Origin: Thermoanaerobaculia bacterium
GTDB taxonomy: Bacteria > Acidobacteriota > Thermoanaerobaculia > UBA5066 > Gp7-AA6
Direction of reading: 5' to 3'
DNA: 64,000 nucleotides
Assembly: GCA_040879385.1 (NCBI GenBank)
Contig: JBBDKM010000013.1
Span: 100,358-164,357, forward strand
The position numbers were made by a program, and so were the translations under genes. This document shows, in pieces, positions 45,259 through 55,400 of this stretch. The notes under the pieces were generated by a model. That model was not told the origin of the DNA, made no database searches, and saw nothing but the letters and a program-made list of their open reading frames with translations. The stretch's first letter is position 1, and the number at the start of each line of letters is the position of its first letter.

Positions 45259-47729
45259 CGCACCACCAGGTTCAGGAGGCGATCCGGGACGAAGACGGTG
45301 CGGGTGAGCTCCCTGCCGTCCATCCAGGCCGCGATCCGCTCATCCGCGCGGGCGAGGGCCATCGCTTCCGACTCCGAGGCGCCTCGCGCCACCGAGAGTC
45401 TCCCCCGCACCTTGCCATTGACCTGGACGACCAGCGTCACGTCGGGCGAGGTGGCGAGCGCCGGGTCGGCGACCGGCCAGACCGCTTCCACCAGGAATCC
45501 CGTTTCGCCGAAGCGCTGCCACCATTCCTCGGTCAGGTGCGGCGCGATGGGGTGCAGCAGCTTCACCAGCGTCCTCGCGGCCTCGCGAAGGGCCGCGGGA
45601 GCCTCGGAGCCGGAGTCCAGCGCCTCGCCGATTCCGCGCTGATACTCCATGAGCGCCGCCACGGCCGTGTGGAAGTGGAACTCCGAGGCGTCCTGGGTCA
45701 CGCGCGCGATGGTCCGGTGGGTCAGGCGCCGCAGCGGCGTGTCCGCTGGCGCGTCCGGGCCGGCCGGAAGCTCCTGGAGTCGGAGGCAGAGCTCGTGGAC
45801 GCGATTCAGGAACCGGAAGGCGCCCGCGACCCCTTCCTCCGACCACTCGGATTCCTTTTCGGGAGGGCCGATGAAGAGGGTGGCGAGCCGCACCGTGTCC
45901 GCCCCGAACCGCGCGATGAGCTCGTCCGGCGACACCGTGTTCCCGCGGCTCTTCGACATTTTTTCCGTCTTGCCCGTCGCCGGGTTCAGACGCGTGATCA
46001 TGCCCTGGTTGAAGAGCCGCTCGAAGGGCTCCTCGAGGTGCACCAGGTCCATGTCCCGGAGCACCCGGCAGATGAACCGCGCGTAGAGCAGGTGCAGGAT
46101 CGCGTGCTCGATGCCGCCGATGTACTGGTCCACCGGGAGCCACCGTTTGACCCGCGCGGTGTCGACCATCCTCTCCGCGTCCCGCGGATTCAGAAACCGG
46201 AAGTAGTACCAGGAAGAGTCGACGAAGGTGTCCATCGTGTCGGTCTCGCGCCGCGCGGCGCCGCCGCACTTCGGGCATCGGGTGTTCACGAAGGCCTCGG
46301 ACCTCTCGAGCGGATTGCCCTCCACGCCGCGGAAATCGACGTCCTCGGGCAGACGCACGGGCAGGTCGGCGTCGGGCACGGGCACGACACCGCAGACCGG
46401 GCAGTGGATTGCCGGGATCGGCGTGCCCCAGTACCGCTGGCGCGAGATCAGCCAGTCGCGCAGGCGATAGCCCATCTTGCCCTTCCCGAACCCCTTCTCC
46501 TCCAGCCAGCGGATGGCGACGCGCACGGCCTCGGGCCCGTTCGGGGTGCCGTCCCAGCTTCCCGAGCGGTACAGGTACCCGTCGTGCGGCCGCGCTTCCG
46601 TCATGGCCGCGGGGTCGATCTCGGCCACTTCCGTGCGGTAGACGGGCTCTATCGACAGGCCGTACTTGCGGGCGAACTCGAAGTCCCGCTGGTCGTGTGC
46701 GGGCACCCCCATGATCGCGCCCGTGCCGTACTCGGGGAGGACGAAGTTGGCCAGCCAGACGGGCATCGCCCGACCCGTCGCCGGGTTGAGCGCCAGGGCT
46801 CCGGTATCGAGTCCTTCCTTCTCGCCGCCTTCGGCCTCGCGCTCGAGCCGCGACTCCCGGCGCACGCGCTCCACGAACTCTTCGATCTCCCGGCCGCGCC
46901 CCGACCGGGTGGCGAGCAGGGCCACGGCCGGATGCTCGGGGGCGAGTGCCAGGAACGTCGCGCCGTAGAGCGTGTCCGGCCGGGTGGTGAAGACCGTGAT
47001 CGGCTCGATGAGCCCGTCCACGCGAAAGAAGATCTCCGCGCCTTCCGACCGCCCGATCCAGTTGCGCTGCATCGTCTTGACCCGCTCGGACCAGTGCGGC
47101 AGGTGGTCGAGGCCCTCGAGAAGGCGGTCGGCGTAATCGGTGACCCGGAAGAACCACTGCGTGAGGTCCCGGATCTCGACCGCGTCGCCCGAGCGCTCGC
47201 ATCTCCCGTCGACGACCTGCTCGTTGGCGAGCACGGTCCGGCAGCCGGGGCACCAGTTGACCGGCGCAGTCTTCCGATAGGCCAGGCTCCTCTCCCACAT
47301 CCGGAGGAACAGCCACTGGTTCCAGCGGTAGTACGCGGGATCGCAGGAGGCGAGCTCCTTGGACCAGTCGTACAGGCAGCCCAAAGCGAAGAGCTGCTCC
47401 TTCATGCGGGCGATGTTGCCCATGGTGTACTCGCGCGGATGGACCCCGCTCTGAATCGCGGCATTCTCGGCGGGCAGGCCGAAGGCGTCCCAACCCATGG
47501 GGTTGAAGGCCTTGCGCCCGGACATGCGCTCCCGGCGGTAGAGGGCGTCGCCCAGGATATAGTTGCGCCCGTGGCCCACGTGCAGGCGGCTGCCGGACGG
47601 GTACGGGTACATGTTGAGCATGTAGAACTCGTTGCCTGGCACGGCGGTGTCGACGAACGCGACCTGCGCGTCGGCCCAGCGCTTCTGCCACTTGCCTTCG
47701 ATCTCGGAGGCAACGTACTTCCCGGACAT
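45255..47729 (-). CDS. leuS: leucine--tRNA ligase
   Basis: HVGH (HIGH) and KMSKS motifs. 824 aa. Confidence 0.97.
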   Translation of the reverse strand: MSGKYVASEIEGKWQKRWADAQVAFVDTAVPGNEFYMLNMYPYPSGSRLHVGHGRNYILGDALYRRERMSGRKAFNPMGWDAFGLPAENAAIQSGVHPREYTMGNIARMKEQLFALGCLYDWSKELASCDPAYYRWNQWLFLRMWERSLAYRKTAPVNWCPGCRTVLANEQVVDGRCERSGDAVEIRDLTQWFFRVTDYADRLLEGLDHLPHWSERVKTMQRNWIGRSEGAEIFFRVDGLIEPITVFTTRPDTLYGATFLALAPEHPAVALLATRSGRGREIEEFVERVRRESRLEREAEGGEKEGLDTGALALNPATGRAMPVWLANFVLPEYGTGAIMGVPAHDQRDFEFARKYGLSIEPVYRTEVAEIDPAAMTEARPHDGYLYRSGSWDGTPNGPEAVRVAIRWLEEKGFGKGKMGYRLRDWLISRQRYWGTPIPAIHCPVCGVVPVPDADLPVRLPEDVDFRGVEGNPLERSEAFVNTRCPKCGGAARRETDTMDTFVDSSWYYFRFLNPRDAERMVDTARVKRWLPVDQYIGGIEHAILHLLYARFICRVLRDMDLVHLEEPFERLFNQGMITRLNPATGKTEKMSKSRGNTVSPDELIARFGADTVRLATLFIGPPEKESEWSEEGVAGAFRFLNRVHELCLRLQELPAGPDAPADTPLRRLTHRTIARVTQDASEFHFHTAVAALMEYQRGIGEALDSGSEAPAALREAARTLVKLLHPIAPHLTEEWWQRFGETGFLVEAVWPVADPALATSPDVTLVVQVNGKVRGRLSVARGASESEAMALARADERIAAWMDGRELTRTVFVPDRLLNLVVR

Positions 47730-47749
47730 GGAGGGGCAATATAGCCGAA

Positions 47750-47774
47750 GGGAGTCGGGGCTTGGAAGTCGGGG
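47750..47774. repeat. direct repeat GGGAGTCGGGG / GGAAGTCGGGG
   Basis: Two copies 14 nt apart, in the spacer between the transglutaminase-like stop and the leuS start. Reverse complement of the CGACTCC-type units at 44682-44730. Confidence 0.6.
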
Positions 47775-48551
47775 CTAGAAACGTCCCGCCGGCCGGACCC
47801 GCAACGTCGCGTCGGGCAGGCGCAGCACCGGATAGTCGAGACTCCCGGACGACTCGAGCCGCGTGAGCGTGAGACCCCGCGGTCGCTCGAGCGCGCGCTT
47901 GCCGAACGGGACGTAGCGGGCGTCGACGCTGTTGATCGAGGACGAGGGGTCCGAGAACACGAAGCCGCGGTCCGGGTAGTAGATCTCGATCCACCGGTGG
48001 TAGACGCCGCCGATCCGGGCGTCCCAGCCCTCGGCGAGGGGCTTCATGCGCAAAATGCCCTGCACGGTGCGCGCCGCGATGCCCGCCCGGCGCAGCAGGT
48101 CGACCGCCAGCTCCGAGTAGCCGACGCAGTGCGCTCTCCGCGTCGCGAAGACCGATCCGGGGTCCTGGCGCCGGGTCCGGTCCGCGTCGTAGCGGATCGC
48201 GGAGGCGACGCCCGCCAGGATCCGCTCGACCGCCGCCGCCTGTGTCGCGGCATCGCCCGCGAGAGCGCGCGCGAAAGCGTCGCGCTCGGCGGAGGGCGGG
48301 AGGGCCCCGTCCCGCGCGGCCTCCGTCGGGAAAGGCGCGCGGCTCTCGAGCGGCCCGCCGCTGACGCGAACGCGCAGCTCCAGGTTTCCGTCCCGGCCCG
48401 GCGCCACGGCCAGCGAGTAGCCGTCGTTGTCGTACTGGTCGAAGAGACCCGCATCGGAGCCGGAGGCCCGGTACACGGCGATCTCGTCGGCGCCCGCGGC
48501 GGCGGCGGCCAGAAACGCGGCGGCGAGCGCCGCGGCCGTTCGCCTTCTCAT
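47775..48551 (-). CDS. secreted transglutaminase-like cysteine protease domain protein
   Basis: Signal peptide. RRAHCVGYSELAVDLL (Cys) and YHRWIEIYYPDRGFVFSDP (His/Asp) core. Confidence 0.75.
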   Translation of the reverse strand: MRRRTAAALAAAFLAAAAAGADEIAVYRASGSDAGLFDQYDNDGYSLAVAPGRDGNLELRVRVSGGPLESRAPFPTEAARDGALPPSAERDAFARALAGDAATQAAAVERILAGVASAIRYDADRTRRQDPGSVFATRRAHCVGYSELAVDLLRRAGIAARTVQGILRMKPLAEGWDARIGGVYHRWIEIYYPDRGFVFSDPSSSINSVDARYVPFGKRALERPRGLTLTRLESSGSLDYPVLRLPDATLRVRPAGRF

Positions 48552-48970
48552 GCTCCAGTGACCTCGGAGCGCCCCGACTTGAGGACCCCGTCGAGGATTC
48601 CGTTGATGAACTGCGAAGACTTGGGGGTGGAAAAACGCTTGGCGATCTCGAGCGCTTCGTCGATCACGACGGGCCGCGGCGTCTCCGGTTCGTGCAACAG
48701 CTCGAAGAGCGCCAGCCGCAGGATGTTCCGGTCCACGACGGGCATCCGGGCCAGCCTCCAGTGCTCGGCCTGCCGGGTGATGATCGCGTCGAGGTCCTCG
48801 CGGTGGAGCAGCGTTCCCGAGACCAGGCGCTCTGTGAAGTCCCGGATGCCTTCGGGGGCCTTCTGCAGGTCGTCGGAGCGCAGGAACATCTCCTGCGGCT
48901 CCGTCCCGGAGACGTCGTGCTCGTAGAGCATCTGCAGGGCGAGCTCCCGGGCCTTTCGCCGCGCGCCCAT
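48548..48970 (-). CDS. nusB: transcription antitermination factor NusB
   Basis: ARELALQMLY...VDRNILRLALFEL...VVIDEALEIAKRF. Confidence 0.93.
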   Translation of the reverse strand: MGARRKARELALQMLYEHDVSGTEPQEMFLRSDDLQKAPEGIRDFTERLVSGTLLHREDLDAIITRQAEHWRLARMPVVDRNILRLALFELLHEPETPRPVVIDEALEIAKRFSTPKSSQFINGILDGVLKSGRSEVTGA

Positions 48971-49461
48971 CAGCTCTTCCGAAGATGGCGGCGCAGGTTC
49001 GCCATTTCGATCGCGGCCTCGGCGGCCTCGATGCCCCTGTCGGTCCGGCCGCGCGCCTGCGCCATCGTGTCGCAGGTCAGCACGCCGAAGCCGATCGGCA
49101 TGCCCGTCTCGGCGGAGAGCGCCGCCAACGCCGAGGCCACCGAGTGCCCGAGAACCTCGTGGTGGGTCGTCTCGCCGCGGACGATCGCCGCGAGCGCGAT
49201 CATCGCGTGGGGCTTGCCCGTGTCGAGCAGCGCTCGGACCCCGGCGGGCACCTCGAAGGCGCCCGGCACCCGCGCGACGCTGACGTCGGCGGCGCGGGCT
49301 CCGCGGCGGCGCAGGGTCTCGAGCGTCGCCGCCAGCATGGCGTCGGTCACGGTCGGGTTCCAGCGCGCGCAGACGACGCCGAACCGGAGCCCCTCCGCGT
49401 CGAGGCTGCCCTCGTACTGTTTCGGCGAAAAAGACACCGCGACACGGCGCGGCCCACGCAT
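48970..49461 (-). CDS. ribH: 6,7-dimethyl-8-ribityllumazine synthase
   Basis: Last 163 aa of ORF 48970..50367. RFGVVCARWN...VPGAFEVP...AAIVRGETTHHEVL. Confidence 0.92.
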   Translation of the reverse strand: MRGPRRVAVSFSPKQYEGSLDAEGLRFGVVCARWNPTVTDAMLAATLETLRRRGARAADVSVARVPGAFEVPAGVRALLDTGKPHAMIALAAIVRGETTHHEVLGHSVASALAALSAETGMPIGFGVLTCDTMAQARGRTDRGIEAAEAAIEMANLRRHLRKS

Positions 49462-49532
49462 GCTCAAGGATCGGCCCTCGTTGGAAAGAGAAAGTCTAGC
49501 AGGTTCCCGGAGATTCGCGCGCGGGAGGCCGG

Positions 49533-50522
49533 CTAACCGAAGAGAAGGGCCAGCTCGGGCGCGTCCCCGAAGCTGCGGCGGAAGCGCTCCACGAACTCGG
49601 CCTTCGTGTAACGCGGGGGCTGGGGGCCGAGCGCCTCGAGGCCGAAGACGGCGGCGACGCTGCCGATTCTGCCGGCCACGGGCCACGGCGCGCCGACCCG
49701 GAGACCGCGCAGGAGCCCGGCCCGGTACATGTCGCCGACCCCGGTGGGGTCGACCGCTTCCCTCTCGACCCGGGCCGGAGGGATCTCGTGGGCAATCCGG
49801 CCTCCCCCGCCGTCTGAAGCATGGATCGTCGAGCCGTCGGGACCGTGCGTGACGATCAGGACGGGGACCTGCTCCTCCATCTGCTCCCGCGTCAGCCCGG
49901 TTTTGTGGGTCAGGATACCGAACTCGTAGTCGTTCATGATCAGGATGGCGGCGCCGCGGAACCCCTCGCGCATTTCCGGGCCTGAGAGCCGCGTCACCTG
50001 CTGGCTGGGGTCGTACAGGAACGGGATCTCGAAGCGGCGACACTCCTCGGCGTAACTCGCCATCGCCGGCGGGTCGTTGGGCGAGATGACGACGAACGCC
50101 ACCGTCGAAGGATCGAGCGAGCGGATCGACAGCTCGTGGGCCCGCGCCATCGCGCCCGTGTAGAACGAGGCGAGCTGATTCTGGTCGAGATCCGTGGAGA
50201 CGAAGAAAGACGCCGTGAAAAGGTCCGGCTCCAGGCGCAGGCCCGTCACGTCGATGCCCTCGCGGCCCAGCCGGTCCCGGTAGGCCGCCGCGTCGTCGCC
50301 GGCGGTCGCGAGCAGGGCCGGACGTTCGCCGAGGAGCGCCAGGCCGTAGGCGATGTTGGGCCCGCACCCACCCGGCACCCGGCGCATCTCGTCGACCAGG
50401 AACGAGACTGAGAGTCGGGACATGCGGTCCGGGATCAGGTGCTCGGTAAACCTCCCGGGGAACGTCATCAGGTAGTCGAAGGCGACCGAGCCGGTGACGA
50501 CGATGCGGCCGTCCTTCCTCAC
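49533..50522 (-). CDS. PfkB-family carbohydrate/nucleoside kinase
   Basis: Last 329 aa of ORF 49533..50849 (GTG 50522, GTGA overlap). GGCGPNIAYGL and DPTGVGDMYRAG motifs. Confidence 0.85.
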   Translation of the reverse strand: MRKDGRIVVTGSVAFDYLMTFPGRFTEHLIPDRMSRLSVSFLVDEMRRVPGGCGPNIAYGLALLGERPALLATAGDDAAAYRDRLGREGIDVTGLRLEPDLFTASFFVSTDLDQNQLASFYTGAMARAHELSIRSLDPSTVAFVVISPNDPPAMASYAEECRRFEIPFLYDPSQQVTRLSGPEMREGFRGAAILIMNDYEFGILTHKTGLTREQMEEQVPVLIVTHGPDGSTIHASDGGGGRIAHEIPPARVEREAVDPTGVGDMYRAGLLRGLRVGAPWPVAGRIGSVAAVFGLEALGPQPPRYTKAEFVERFRRSFGDAPELALLFG

Positions 50523-51382
50523 AGGTACCTGCCGATCACCGGCCTCAATCGGTCCTTCGCCTCCTCCTGGATCGCCTCGCGGCTGGTGATGATCCCGAAC
50601 CGCATCGCGTCGCGGCAGGCGCAGCTCCGGCCCGGCTCCACGCGCGCGACGGCGCCCGCGAGGCTGCGGCGAGCCGCCGCCGCATTCTCGCCGAGGATCG
50701 CCAGGATCGCGTCGACCGAGACGTTCTCGGTCGCCTCCCGCCAGCAGTCGTAGTCCGTCACCAGGGCGAGGCTCGCGTAGCAGATCTCGGCCTCCCGCGC
50801 GAGCCGCGCCTCGGTCAGGTTCGTCATGCCGATGATGTCCGCTCCCCACGAGCGGTACAGACGCGACTCTGCGCGCGTCGAGAACTGGGGGCCTTCCATG
50901 CAGACGTAGGTCCCGCCCCGGCGCACGGCAAGGCCGGCCCTTCCGGCGGCCTCCTCGAGAACAACCGCAAGCGCCGGGCAGACCGGGTCGGCCAGCCCCG
51001 CGTGCGCCACGACGCCGTCGGAGAAGAACGTGTCCGCCCGGTGCCGGGTCCGGTCGATGAACTGGTCCGGGATGACCGCCTGGCGGGGAGGGAGCTCCTC
51101 CCGGAGGCTGCCGCAGGCCGACGCCGAGAGCAGCGCATCGCAGCCGAGCATCTTGAAGCCGCAGATGTTCGCCCGATAGTTAATCTCCGTCGGCGAGAGG
51201 CGGTGGCCTCTCCCGTGCCGCGACAGGAAAGCCACGGGCACTCCGTCGAGCGTGCCGCAGAAGTAAGAGTCCGACGGCGCGCCGAACGGGGTGGAGAGCC
51301 GCTCTTCGGCCAGATCGGCGACCGCGGAGAGGTCGTAGACCCCGCTGCCTCCGACGAGGCCGACTCTGCCCCTCCCGCTCAC
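50519..51382 (-). CDS. mtnP: S-methyl-5'-thioadenosine phosphorylase
   Basis: Last 287 aa of ORF 50519..52075. GLVGGSGVYDL, FLSRHGRGH, GADIIGMTNLTEARLAREAEICYA. Confidence 0.88.
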   Translation of the reverse strand: MSGRGRVGLVGGSGVYDLSAVADLAEERLSTPFGAPSDSYFCGTLDGVPVAFLSRHGRGHRLSPTEINYRANICGFKMLGCDALLSASACGSLREELPPRQAVIPDQFIDRTRHRADTFFSDGVVAHAGLADPVCPALAVVLEEAAGRAGLAVRRGGTYVCMEGPQFSTRAESRLYRSWGADIIGMTNLTEARLAREAEICYASLALVTDYDCWREATENVSVDAILAILGENAAAARRSLAGAVARVEPGRSCACRDAMRFGIITSREAIQEEAKDRLRPVIGRYL

Positions 51383-52353
51383 CCGCCCTCTCCGGCGTCC
51401 CGGCGGTGCTCGGCGATCGCCGCGAGGACCCGCTCGGCCAGGTGGAGCGCGTCGCGCCCGTCCTCGCCCGACACGACCGGGTCTCGCCGCTCGCGCACCG
51501 CGCCGGCGAAATCGGCCAGCTCGCGGGCGAGGGGATCGCCCGGCTCGACGGGCACGTCCACCGGCACGATCTCGGCCTTCCCGCCGTTCTGCGAGAGCCG
51601 GTAGGCGCCGACCGTGCGGGCGTGCATGTCGATCGAGCAGTACAGCGACCGCCCGAACACCCGGAGCTTGCGCATCCGTTCCGAGGAGACGCGGGAGGCC
51701 GTCAGGTTTGCGACGCATCCCCCCTCGAAAGCGATGCGGGCGTTGGCGATGTCGAGGCGCGGCGTGAGCACCGGCATCCCCGAGGCGCGGATCTCGCGCA
51801 CCGGCCGGCGCACGAGCGCGATGACGATCTGCAGGTCGTGGATCATGAGGTCGAGCACGACGTCCACGTCGAGGCTGCGCGGAGAGAAGATCCCGAGGCG
51901 GTGGCCCTCGATGAAGGTCGGGTCTTTGACGCGATCGAGGACGGCCTCCACGGCGGGGTTGTAGCGCTCGACGTGGCCGACCTGGAGCACGCGCCGGAGC
52001 TCGCGCGCCCGCGCGACCAGCGCGTCCGCGTCCCGACCTTCGGCCGTGATCGGCTTTTCCACGAGGACGTCGCATCCCCGTTCCAGGAAGAAGCCCGCCA
52101 GCTCCGCGTGCGAGCTCGTGGGCGTCGCCACGACCACCGCGTCCGCCCGCTCGGCGACTTCCTCGGGGCCCGAGAGGACCCGGAGGCCTCGCTCGCGCGC
52201 GACCTCCTCGGCGCGCCCGTCGTGGTGGTCGTAGATCCCGACCAGCTCCACGCCCGGAAGCTCCGCGGCCACGCGCGCGTGGTGGCGCCCGAGATGCCCC
52301 ACGCCGACCACCGCCAGCCGCACCGGCGCCAACGCCGGATGCGGGCCGCTCAC
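51379..52353 (-). CDS. Gfo/Idh/MocA-family NAD(P) oxidoreductase
   Basis: VRLAVVGVGHLGRHH Rossmann motif and the VLVEKP motif. GTGA overlaps on both sides. Confidence 0.85.
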   Translation of the reverse strand: MSGPHPALAPVRLAVVGVGHLGRHHARVAAELPGVELVGIYDHHDGRAEEVARERGLRVLSGPEEVAERADAVVVATPTSSHAELAGFFLERGCDVLVEKPITAEGRDADALVARARELRRVLQVGHVERYNPAVEAVLDRVKDPTFIEGHRLGIFSPRSLDVDVVLDLMIHDLQIVIALVRRPVREIRASGMPVLTPRLDIANARIAFEGGCVANLTASRVSSERMRKLRVFGRSLYCSIDMHARTVGAYRLSQNGGKAEIVPVDVPVEPGDPLARELADFAGAVRERRDPVVSGEDGRDALHLAERVLAAIAEHRRDAGEGG

Positions 52354-53123
52354 TTGATGAAGCCTCGCTCGCTCGTCTTGATGAACAGGACCAGCTCCTC
52401 CACGTCGGGTTGGCCCGGCAGCTCCTGGGCGATCCGCTCGAGGGCCTGGCTGGTGTTCAGCTTCGACTTGACGAGCAGACGATACGCCTTCTGGAGCGCC
52501 TCGATGCGCTCGTCCGAGAAGCCGTTGCGTTTCAGGCCGATCGTGTTCAGGCCGTACGTCTTCGCGTCCAGGCCGTCGGTGCGGCAGAACGGCAGCGCGT
52601 CCTGCCGGCAGCCGGTGTAGGCGCCGAGGAAGGCGTACGGGCCGATCCGGCAGAACTGGTGGATGGCGTTGAAGGCCCCGATGATCGCGTGGTGCCCGAT
52701 CTCCACGTGGCCGGCGAGCACGGCGTAGTTGGCCATCACCACCCGCGAGCCGATCTTGTTGTCGTGCCCGACGTGCGTGTAGTTCATGAAGTAATTGTCG
52801 TCGCCGATCCAGGTCTCGCCGGTCCCCGTGCCCCGGTGCACGGTCGTGAACTCGCGAAACACGTTGCGCGCGCCGACCGTCAGACGCGTGGGCTCCCCCC
52901 GGTACTTCAGGTCCTGTGGATCGAAGCCCAGCGCGGCGTGCGGGAAGATGCGGTTGTCTTCCCCGAAGACCGCGGGGCCCTGAAGCGAGGCGTGGTCGCC
53001 CACCGCCGTCCGCGCGCCGAGAACGACGCCGTCTCCGATGACCGCGTAGGCGCCGATCGAAACGCCCTCGCCGAGCTCGGCGCCGGGTGAGACGACCGCC
53101 GTTCTATGAACGACCGCGCTCAC
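52350..53123 (-). CDS. lpxA: acyl-ACP--UDP-N-acetylglucosamine O-acyltransferase
   Basis: From V26 of ORF 52350..53198. Hexapeptide repeats plus the LpxA C-terminal helical domain (GLNTIGLKRNGFS...). Confidence 0.92.
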   Translation of the reverse strand: MSAVVHRTAVVSPGAELGEGVSIGAYAVIGDGVVLGARTAVGDHASLQGPAVFGEDNRIFPHAALGFDPQDLKYRGEPTRLTVGARNVFREFTTVHRGTGTGETWIGDDNYFMNYTHVGHDNKIGSRVVMANYAVLAGHVEIGHHAIIGAFNAIHQFCRIGPYAFLGAYTGCRQDALPFCRTDGLDAKTYGLNTIGLKRNGFSDERIEALQKAYRLLVKSKLNTSQALERIAQELPGQPDVEELVLFIKTSERGFIK

Positions 53124-53557
53124 GGCCGGTCCACCAGGACCGAGAGCAGCTCGGCCTCCGTGCAGACGACGCCGTCCACCGAAGCCGTCGCCCGGCACTT
53201 GCAGACCCGGGTCTTCAGGGACGTGATCTCCGCCTCGATGCGAAGCTGGTCGCCCGGGAAGACCGGCCGGCGGAACTTGCAGCGGTCGACGCCCGAAAGA
53301 TAGAGCAGCTTCTTCTCCCGGTCCGGCACGACCCCCAGAAGCGCGATGCCCGCCACCTGCGCCATCGCCTCGAGCACCAGCACGCCGGGCATGACCGGAT
53401 TGCCGGGGAAGTGCCCCTGGAAGAACTCCTCGTTGTAGGTGACGTTCTTGATCCCCACCACGCGCTTGCCGGCTTCGAGCTCCAGGATCCGGTCCACGAG
53501 CAGGAAGGGATAACGATGCGGAAGGATCTTCAGGATCTCGTCGATGCGGATCTCCAC
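53120..53557 (-). CDS. fabZ: 3-hydroxyacyl-ACP dehydratase FabZ
   Basis: Last 145 aa of ORF 53120..54472. LPHRYPFLLVDRI...FFQGHFPGNPVMPGVL. AGGAGG SD before the GTG. Confidence 0.93.
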   Translation of the reverse strand: MEIRIDEILKILPHRYPFLLVDRILELEAGKRVVGIKNVTYNEEFFQGHFPGNPVMPGVLVLEAMAQVAGIALLGVVPDREKKLLYLSGVDRCKFRRPVFPGDQLRIEAEITSLKTRVCKCRATASVDGVVCTEAELLSVLVDRP

Positions 53558-53565
53558 GCGCCCTC

Positions 53566-54651
53566 CTAACCCGGCTCCCCGATCCTCTTCTCCAGTGCGG
53601 CGAGCCTTGCGAGGGCCGCCTCGAGCCGGCCGAGCAGGGCCGCCCTTCGGAGGAACTCGCGGTGAGGCAGCGCCGGCATACCCGACAATACCGCGCCGGC
53701 CGGTACCCGCCCCTGCCGCGCGATCCCCGCCTGACCCGTCAGGACCGCGCCGTCGCCGATCGTCGCGTGGTCGGAGACCCCGACCTGCCCGGCCAGCGTC
53801 ACTCCCCGGCCGAGCTTCGAGGACCCGCCGATACCGGCCTGTCCGCAGAGGATCGAGTGGTCGCCCACGCTGACGTTGTGGCCCACCTGAACGAGGTTGT
53901 CGATCTTCGTGCCGCTCCCGACCACGGTTTCCCCGAGGGTCCCCCGATCGATCGCGGAGTTGGCTCCGACCTCGACGTCGTCGCCGAGCCGGACGGTCCC
54001 GACCTGCGGGATCTTCCGGTGGCCGCTTCCGTCCCAGATGTAGCCGAATCCGTCCGAGCCGACCACGGCGCCCGCCTGCAGGATGCAGCGCGCGCCCAGC
54101 CGGCAGCGCGCGAGGACGACCGCATTGGGATGGAGCAGACAGTCCTCGCCAAGCTCGGCCTCCTCGCCGACGAAGGCCCCCGCCAGGATCACCGATCGCG
54201 CCCCGATCGAGGCGCGCGCCGAGACCGTCGCCCCCGCCGCGACCGACACGCCTTTGAAAAGCCGCGCCGTCTTGTGCACGAAGGCGCCGCGCGCGACGCC
54301 CGGCGACGGGCGCGCAGAGGGGCGCCAGGCTTCCAGCCAGCGCGCCAGCGCGAGCTGCGGCGCGGCCACGACGACACAGGGCTTGCCGCCCGCGAGGTCC
54401 ACGTCCGGGACGAGCAGGGCGCCCGCCCGGCTCGAAGCCGCCGCCGCGGCATGGCGCTCGCCGGCGGCCCACGAGAGGTCGCCGGGGCCGGCCGCCTCGA
54501 GCGTCGCGACACCCGTCAGCCGGAGGCCCTTGCCACCGCGCGCCACGCCTTCGACGGCGGCGGCGACGTCCCCGAGCCCGAAAGACCGGGAAGTAGAGGC
54601 GGGACGCCCGGGCCTACCCTTCCCGCGGTTGAGGGTTTTCGAGCGGGCCAC
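53566..54651 (-). CDS. lpxD: UDP-3-O-acylglucosamine N-acyltransferase
   Basis: LpxD N-domain plus a long left-handed beta-helix hexapeptide region and a C-terminal helix. The start may be internal. Confidence 0.9.
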   Translation of the reverse strand: MARSKTLNRGKGRPGRPASTSRSFGLGDVAAAVEGVARGGKGLRLTGVATLEAAGPGDLSWAAGERHAAAAASSRAGALLVPDVDLAGGKPCVVVAAPQLALARWLEAWRPSARPSPGVARGAFVHKTARLFKGVSVAAGATVSARASIGARSVILAGAFVGEEAELGEDCLLHPNAVVLARCRLGARCILQAGAVVGSDGFGYIWDGSGHRKIPQVGTVRLGDDVEVGANSAIDRGTLGETVVGSGTKIDNLVQVGHNVSVGDHSILCGQAGIGGSSKLGRGVTLAGQVGVSDHATIGDGAVLTGQAGIARQGRVPAGAVLSGMPALPHREFLRRAALLGRLEAALARLAALEKRIGEPG

Positions 54652-54675
54652 GGTGTCCTGCCTTGCGACCCGGCG

Positions 54676-55305
54676 CTACGGCTTCTTTGTAGGAGCCGGG
54701 GCCGGGGCCTGAGCGGGAGCAGCCGGCTTGGCGGCCGCGTCGGGCGTCTTGGAAGCCGCCGGCATGGCGACGGTCGTGTTGAAGACCTTGAGGACGTCGT
54801 CGGTCACGTCGACCGCCTCGTCCGCGTAGACAAGACCGGACTGGAACTTGTTGAAGATCAGCGTGAAGCCCTTGTCCTTGCCCACCTGGTTGATCACCGG
54901 GAAGACGCGCCGCTCCAGCTCTCCGAGCTCCTTCTTTTGAGCCGCCTCGAGCTCCCGGTTGGCGTCGTCCTGGAAGCGCTTGAAGGCGATCGCCCTCTCC
55001 TGGTACGACTTCTGGAGCGCCTCCCGCTTGTCGTCGGCCATCGCGCTGCCCTGATCGGCGAGCTTCTGCTCCATGTCGCGAAGCTCCTTGGACAGCTTCT
55101 CGCCCTCTTCTTTCTTCACCTCGTTCAACTTCTTGACCCGGCCGAACGCCTCCTTGCCGAGAGCCGATTCCTGTACCAGACGCTCGACGTTTATCACGCC
55201 GATCCGGATCGACTGGGCGGTCGCCGGAGCGGTCGCGGTCCCCCCCTGAGCCCAGGCGGGGGCCGCGACCAGGCAAGCCACCACCGTCAAGACAAAGCGT
55301 TTCAT
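54676..55305 (-). CDS. skp: OmpH/Skp periplasmic chaperone
   Basis: From M19 of ORF 54676..55359 (AAGGAG SD). Signal MKRFVLTVVACLVAAPAWA, then coiled Lys/Glu-rich arms. Confidence 0.85.
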   Translation of the reverse strand: MKRFVLTVVACLVAAPAWAQGGTATAPATAQSIRIGVINVERLVQESALGKEAFGRVKKLNEVKKEEGEKLSKELRDMEQKLADQGSAMADDKREALQKSYQERAIAFKRFQDDANRELEAAQKKELGELERRVFPVINQVGKDKGFTLIFNKFQSGLVYADEAVDVTDDVLKVFNTTVAMPAASKTPDAAAKPAAPAQAPAPAPTKKP

Positions 55306-55400
55306 TCCAACTCCTTCTTCACGAAAGCGCGGAAGTGTAGCAAATAAGCCGGTGGACACAACAGGCCGGAGTTTTGGGGCATTCCGGGCCGGAAGACCCC

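Noticed and set aside
45340-47994. 884-aa minus-strand ORF and 735-aa plus-strand ORF (45537..47744) overlapping leuS
   Set aside because: leuS (45255..47729) carries unmistakable HIGH/KMSKS motifs. The overlapping ORFs are low-complexity Arg/Gly/Pro/Ala sequence with no motifs.
49462-49532. Possible FMN riboswitch upstream of ribH
   Set aside because: The spacer is only about 70 nt, shorter than an FMN aptamer, and I could not find the conserved FMN-element helices.
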